From positions 1 to 37,260 of the forward strand of contig NW_021835931.1 in NCBI RefSeq assembly GCF_006345805.1: a DNA stretch of 37,260 bases. The letters are read 5' to 3'. The first letter of the stretch is position 1. The number at the start of each line of letters is the position of its first letter. Of this stretch, positions 33,905 through 37,260 are shown piece after piece. Both the position numbers and the translations under genes were made by a program. The stretch comes from Octopus sinensis. Its lineage: Eukaryota. The notes below the pieces were generated by a model, which saw only the letters and a program-made list of their open reading frames with translations, was not told the origin of the DNA and did not search any database.

Positions 33905-34205
33905 GGAGGCACATGACCTGGAGGTTAGAGCAGCAGATTCGTGGTCGAGGGATCGCGGGTTCGAATCTCAGACCGGGCGACGTGTGTGTTTATGGGCGAA
34001 ACACCTAAGCTCCAAGCTGCTCCGGCAGAAGGTGATGGCGAACTTCTGCTGACTCTTTCGCCACAACTTTCTCTCACTCTTTCCTCCTGCATCTTGCAGC
34101 TCACCAGCTACGGACCGGCGTCCCGCCCAGGTGGGGAATCCTATACGCCAAGGAAACCGGGAAACCGGCCCTTATGAGCCAGGCGTGGCTCGAGAAGGAA
34201 CAAAA
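33905..34205 (+). mobile_element. tRNA-derived SINE (family F) with 14-16 bp target-site duplication
   Basis: A-box-like tgacctggaggttaga, B-box ggttcgaatc; GTAGAGTTTAAAGTGG at 33891-33906 and 34206-34221. Confidence 0.8.
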
Positions 34206-34403
34206 GTAGAGTTTAAAGTGGTGCCCGAATTCCAGGATTTTGAGGAGTGTGGAACTACTTCTTAGCCAAAATTGCTCCCGGCTCTAGTTTAACCCCGTGT
34301 TGTAGCGCCTGTCAGGGTCTCGGCTATGGGTTAATTGGCATGCAAACTACTGGGAGTGAAACCTAGTGCTCTTTCGAACTTCCTTCTAGAAGGTGAACTT
34401 ATA

Positions 34404-34831
34404 CGAGGGTGAGTCAAAAAGTAATGCTATTTTGTTTAGGACAGGTATAATCACCAACACAGGAACATGTATCATACATCAAAATGAAGCTGGTCCTCTG
34501 TGAATCACATCCCTACTTCTCAATATAGTCACCGTTTCTCTCAATAGCAATGTTCCACCTTCGAATGAGAGCTGGACTATCATCTCTTCGGCCCCATGAA
34601 TGAGGGTTTGAGAGGCAAACATTATTCCAGTGACGAAGAAGTGAAAACTGTAGTGAAGAAGTGGCTCAAAGAACAGTCAACAGAATTTTACGGGTCTGGG
34701 ATACATGCTCTCATACGAAGGTGGAACATTTCAATTAAGAGAAACAGTGACCATGTTGAGGAGTAGGGACGTGATCCACAGAGGACCAGCTTCATTTTCC
34801 TGTGTTGGTAATTATACCTGTCCTAAACAAA
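34404..34831. mobile_element. Non-autonomous fold-back mariner (both arms derived from the 3' end); right TIR lost
   Basis: TA-CGAGGGTGAGTCAAAAAGTAATG TIR; arms 34431-34572 and 34707-34831 are reverse complements. Confidence 0.85.
34575..34766 (+). pseudogene. mariner (D,D34D) transposase C-terminal remnant
   Basis: DYHLFGPMNEGLRGKHYSSDEEVKTVVKKWLKEQSTEFYGSGIHALIRRWNISIKRNSDHVEE*, the classic tail after YSPDLAP. Confidence 0.85.
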
Positions 34832-34936
34832 TGTATGAATGTATGTATGTATGTATGTATGTATGTATGTATGTATGTATGTATGTATGTATGTATGTAT
34901 GTATGTATGTATGTATTAATGTATGTATGTATGTAT
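34832..34936. repeat. (ATGT)n microsatellite
   Basis: Seen directly. Confidence 0.95.
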
Positions 34937-35747
34937 GTTTTTTTCTTCTATGGAGTTGAAGTTAAAATATTTCGTTACAACTAAGTTCAAGAGTGACAAT
35001 TTGTGTGACATTGTGAGTGTGTGTATGGAAACAGTTTGTGTGATAATCCATGTGAAATTGTATATATGTAAATGAAAGCGTGCGTTAAACTAGTTTGGTC
35101 AATCTTTGTGTGTGTGTGTGCGAGAGAGAGAGAGTGAGAGATAGGGGGGAGATACAGTAACATCGCAAGAAAATGTATATACACTTGTGTGACTGGCCTT
35201 ATGCCAAAACTTGAAACCAGTGTGTATCTGTATGTGTGTGTGTGTGTATGTGTGTGTATGTGCGCGTGTGCATATGTGTGGATATTAGTGCTTATGTATA
35301 TTGTATTAAGTGTCCGGCTTGTCTGTTTAGTACTATGTGACTAGTAAAACTGTACTTTTGATTCTGTAAGAGTGTATCTATCTGTGTTTGCGTGTGACTG
35401 TGTATACATGTGCGTCTGTGTGTTTATCGTACTATGAGTGTCACAGCATGTCAGTGAATAATACTTGTATGTTCGTTTGTCACAATGTGTGTTCGTGTGA
35501 ATCTGGGTGTAACACTGGATTCTACGTGTTACATTGTGTCATGATTTATGTGGTTATATGACTGCGTAAGTGACATTGATTTACTTTGTACGTTACAGTA
35601 TAAGATTGTGTAACTGTGTGTGACAGTATGTAACAACAGGATTCTACATGTGTATTTATTTGTACACTGCATCGTAATTTGTACAGTGCACAGTTATCGT
35701 GTGACACAGTTACATGATCTATTTCTACATGTGCATTTCTGTTGTAA

Positions 35748-36030
35748 CGAGTGTCACACTGCGTAGGTTACACTATATGTGATCGTGTGACTGGTACTAA
35801 TACATCACACTGTGATCACGTGACCGTCACATGATCACACATGATCACGTGATAGTGTCACAGATCATAGATTTATATATGTTTTTGTTATACCGAGTAT
35901 CACACTGCGTACGTCACACTATATGCGACTGCGTGACTGGGAATAATACATTACACTGTGATCACGTGACGCTGTTATATGATCACACGTGATCACGTGA
36001 TAGTGTCACACAATCATAGATTCTACATCT
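35748..36030. repeat. 146-bp tandem duplication rich in CACGTG/TGATCA palindromes
   Basis: cgagtgtcacactgcgt at 35748 and cgagtatcacactgcgt at 35894. Confidence 0.85.
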
Positions 36031-36299
36031 GTGTGTCACACTAGATGTGATTGCGTGACTGCAACATTGTAATTTTACGCGCTCAAGTGCGTGTTTCTGT
36101 GTGACAGGCGTTTTGCGTCACAGTGAACGTGATTATGTCAAAATGTGTGACAGATTCTATTCATGTGTTTCTCTGTTACACTGAATGTACCGCTCTTCAC
36201 GTCACAGTATATACTTCGCCTTTTCTCACATTTTATGTGCCTTTTTGATTGTATGTGTGTGATTATATTGGTATCTTTGACCATGTCTAAATATAACAC

Positions 36300-36978
36300 C
36301 ACACCTTTGCCACCCCACCCCCCTCTCTCTCTCTCTCTCTCCCTCTCTTTATATATGTGCGTGTGTATTTCCTATCCCACCCCTGCACTCTCTATCTCTC
36401 TTATACTCTCTTTCTCCTGTCCTTCTCTCCCCTTTCCACTTCTTCTTCTTCTTCTTCCTCTCCTTCTTCTTCTTCTTCCTCTCCTTCTTCTTCATCCTAT
36501 CCTTCTCCATGCACATTCGAACTTCCCCTCCTACTCCACCACTCCTCCAACCGCACCTCTCTCTTTCCATCTTTCCCTCTTTCCCCCTCCTTTCTCTCTC
36601 ATTCTCTCACCCTCACGCTGTCATATCCTTTCTACCAGTATTCTCTCTCATTCGCTCTCTTTCTTTTTGCCCTCACATCTGGCTTTCCTCACACCACCAC
36701 TCCAACCTCCCCTCTCTCTTTTTGTCTCCCTCTCTCCCTCTCTCTCTCATATGCATGTAAGATGTGTGAGAGAGATAGAGAGACAGAGCACCTTCATCCT
36801 ACGTTACTCATCTACATCTCTATTGCTGTCTCTTTTTCTCTTTTTTAATCTCTCTCACCTTTCACTTTCTCTCTTACAATATAAGTGTTATTCCCCATCA
36901 CACACACACCACACACACACACACACCAAAAAGACTCTACCACACACACACATACAGTCACACCCACTTTTACTTTCA

Positions 36979-37028
<50 letters not shown>

Positions 37029-37032
37029 CAAG

Positions 37033-37071
<39 letters not shown>

Positions 37072-37260
37072 GTACTCTCACACATTCACAGACACATGCA
37101 CACACACACACTCACTCTTTAAACACACGCAGAATCTCTCTCTCTGTATCTCTCTGATAGACAATGCTCTCCCTCTCGTTCACTCTCTCTCTCTCTCTCA
37201 CACACTGCCTCCCTCTCTCTTTCGCTCTCTCTCACGCACATACAGTCTCACGGTTTTTTT
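36300..37260 (+). repeat. CT-rich/(CA)n low-complexity tract
   Basis: Seen directly. Confidence 0.9.

Noticed and set aside
33856-34340. Older interspersed repeat apparently split by SINE F
   Set aside because: Similarity rests on vague recollection only; there is no second copy in the window to support it.

Overview
Eukaryotic, repeat-dominated, essentially non-coding DNA. The SINE repertoire and microsatellite load strongly suggest an octopus or other coleoid cephalopod (inference from recalled repeat families, not a database hit). I found no convincing host protein-coding gene: almost all ORFs in the track are translations of microsatellites. Three zones are visible. (1) 1-15.7 kb is densely packed with tRNA-derived SINEs, three 221-bp piggyBac-type MITEs, a fold-back mariner, 3' fragments of RLE-, CR1- and RTE-type LINEs, and a full-length U6 snRNA pseudogene joined directly to a SINE head. 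(2) About 16-27 kb is an almost TE-free low-complexity domain centred on about 7 kb of polypyrimidine sequence. (3) 27-37 kb holds a decayed ~1.7-kb Penelope-like retroelement (RT plus C-terminal GIY-YIG endonuclease), a CR1 3' end, more SINEs, a second fold-back mariner and a 146-bp tandem duplication rich in CACGTG palindromes. I do not see a new multi-gene system. The most noteworthy items are the U6-SINE junction, the Penelope-like fossil and the complementary 5'/5' and 3'/3' fold-back mariners. Translations and alignments were done by eye, and TE ends are approximate unless TSD/TIR coordinates are given.
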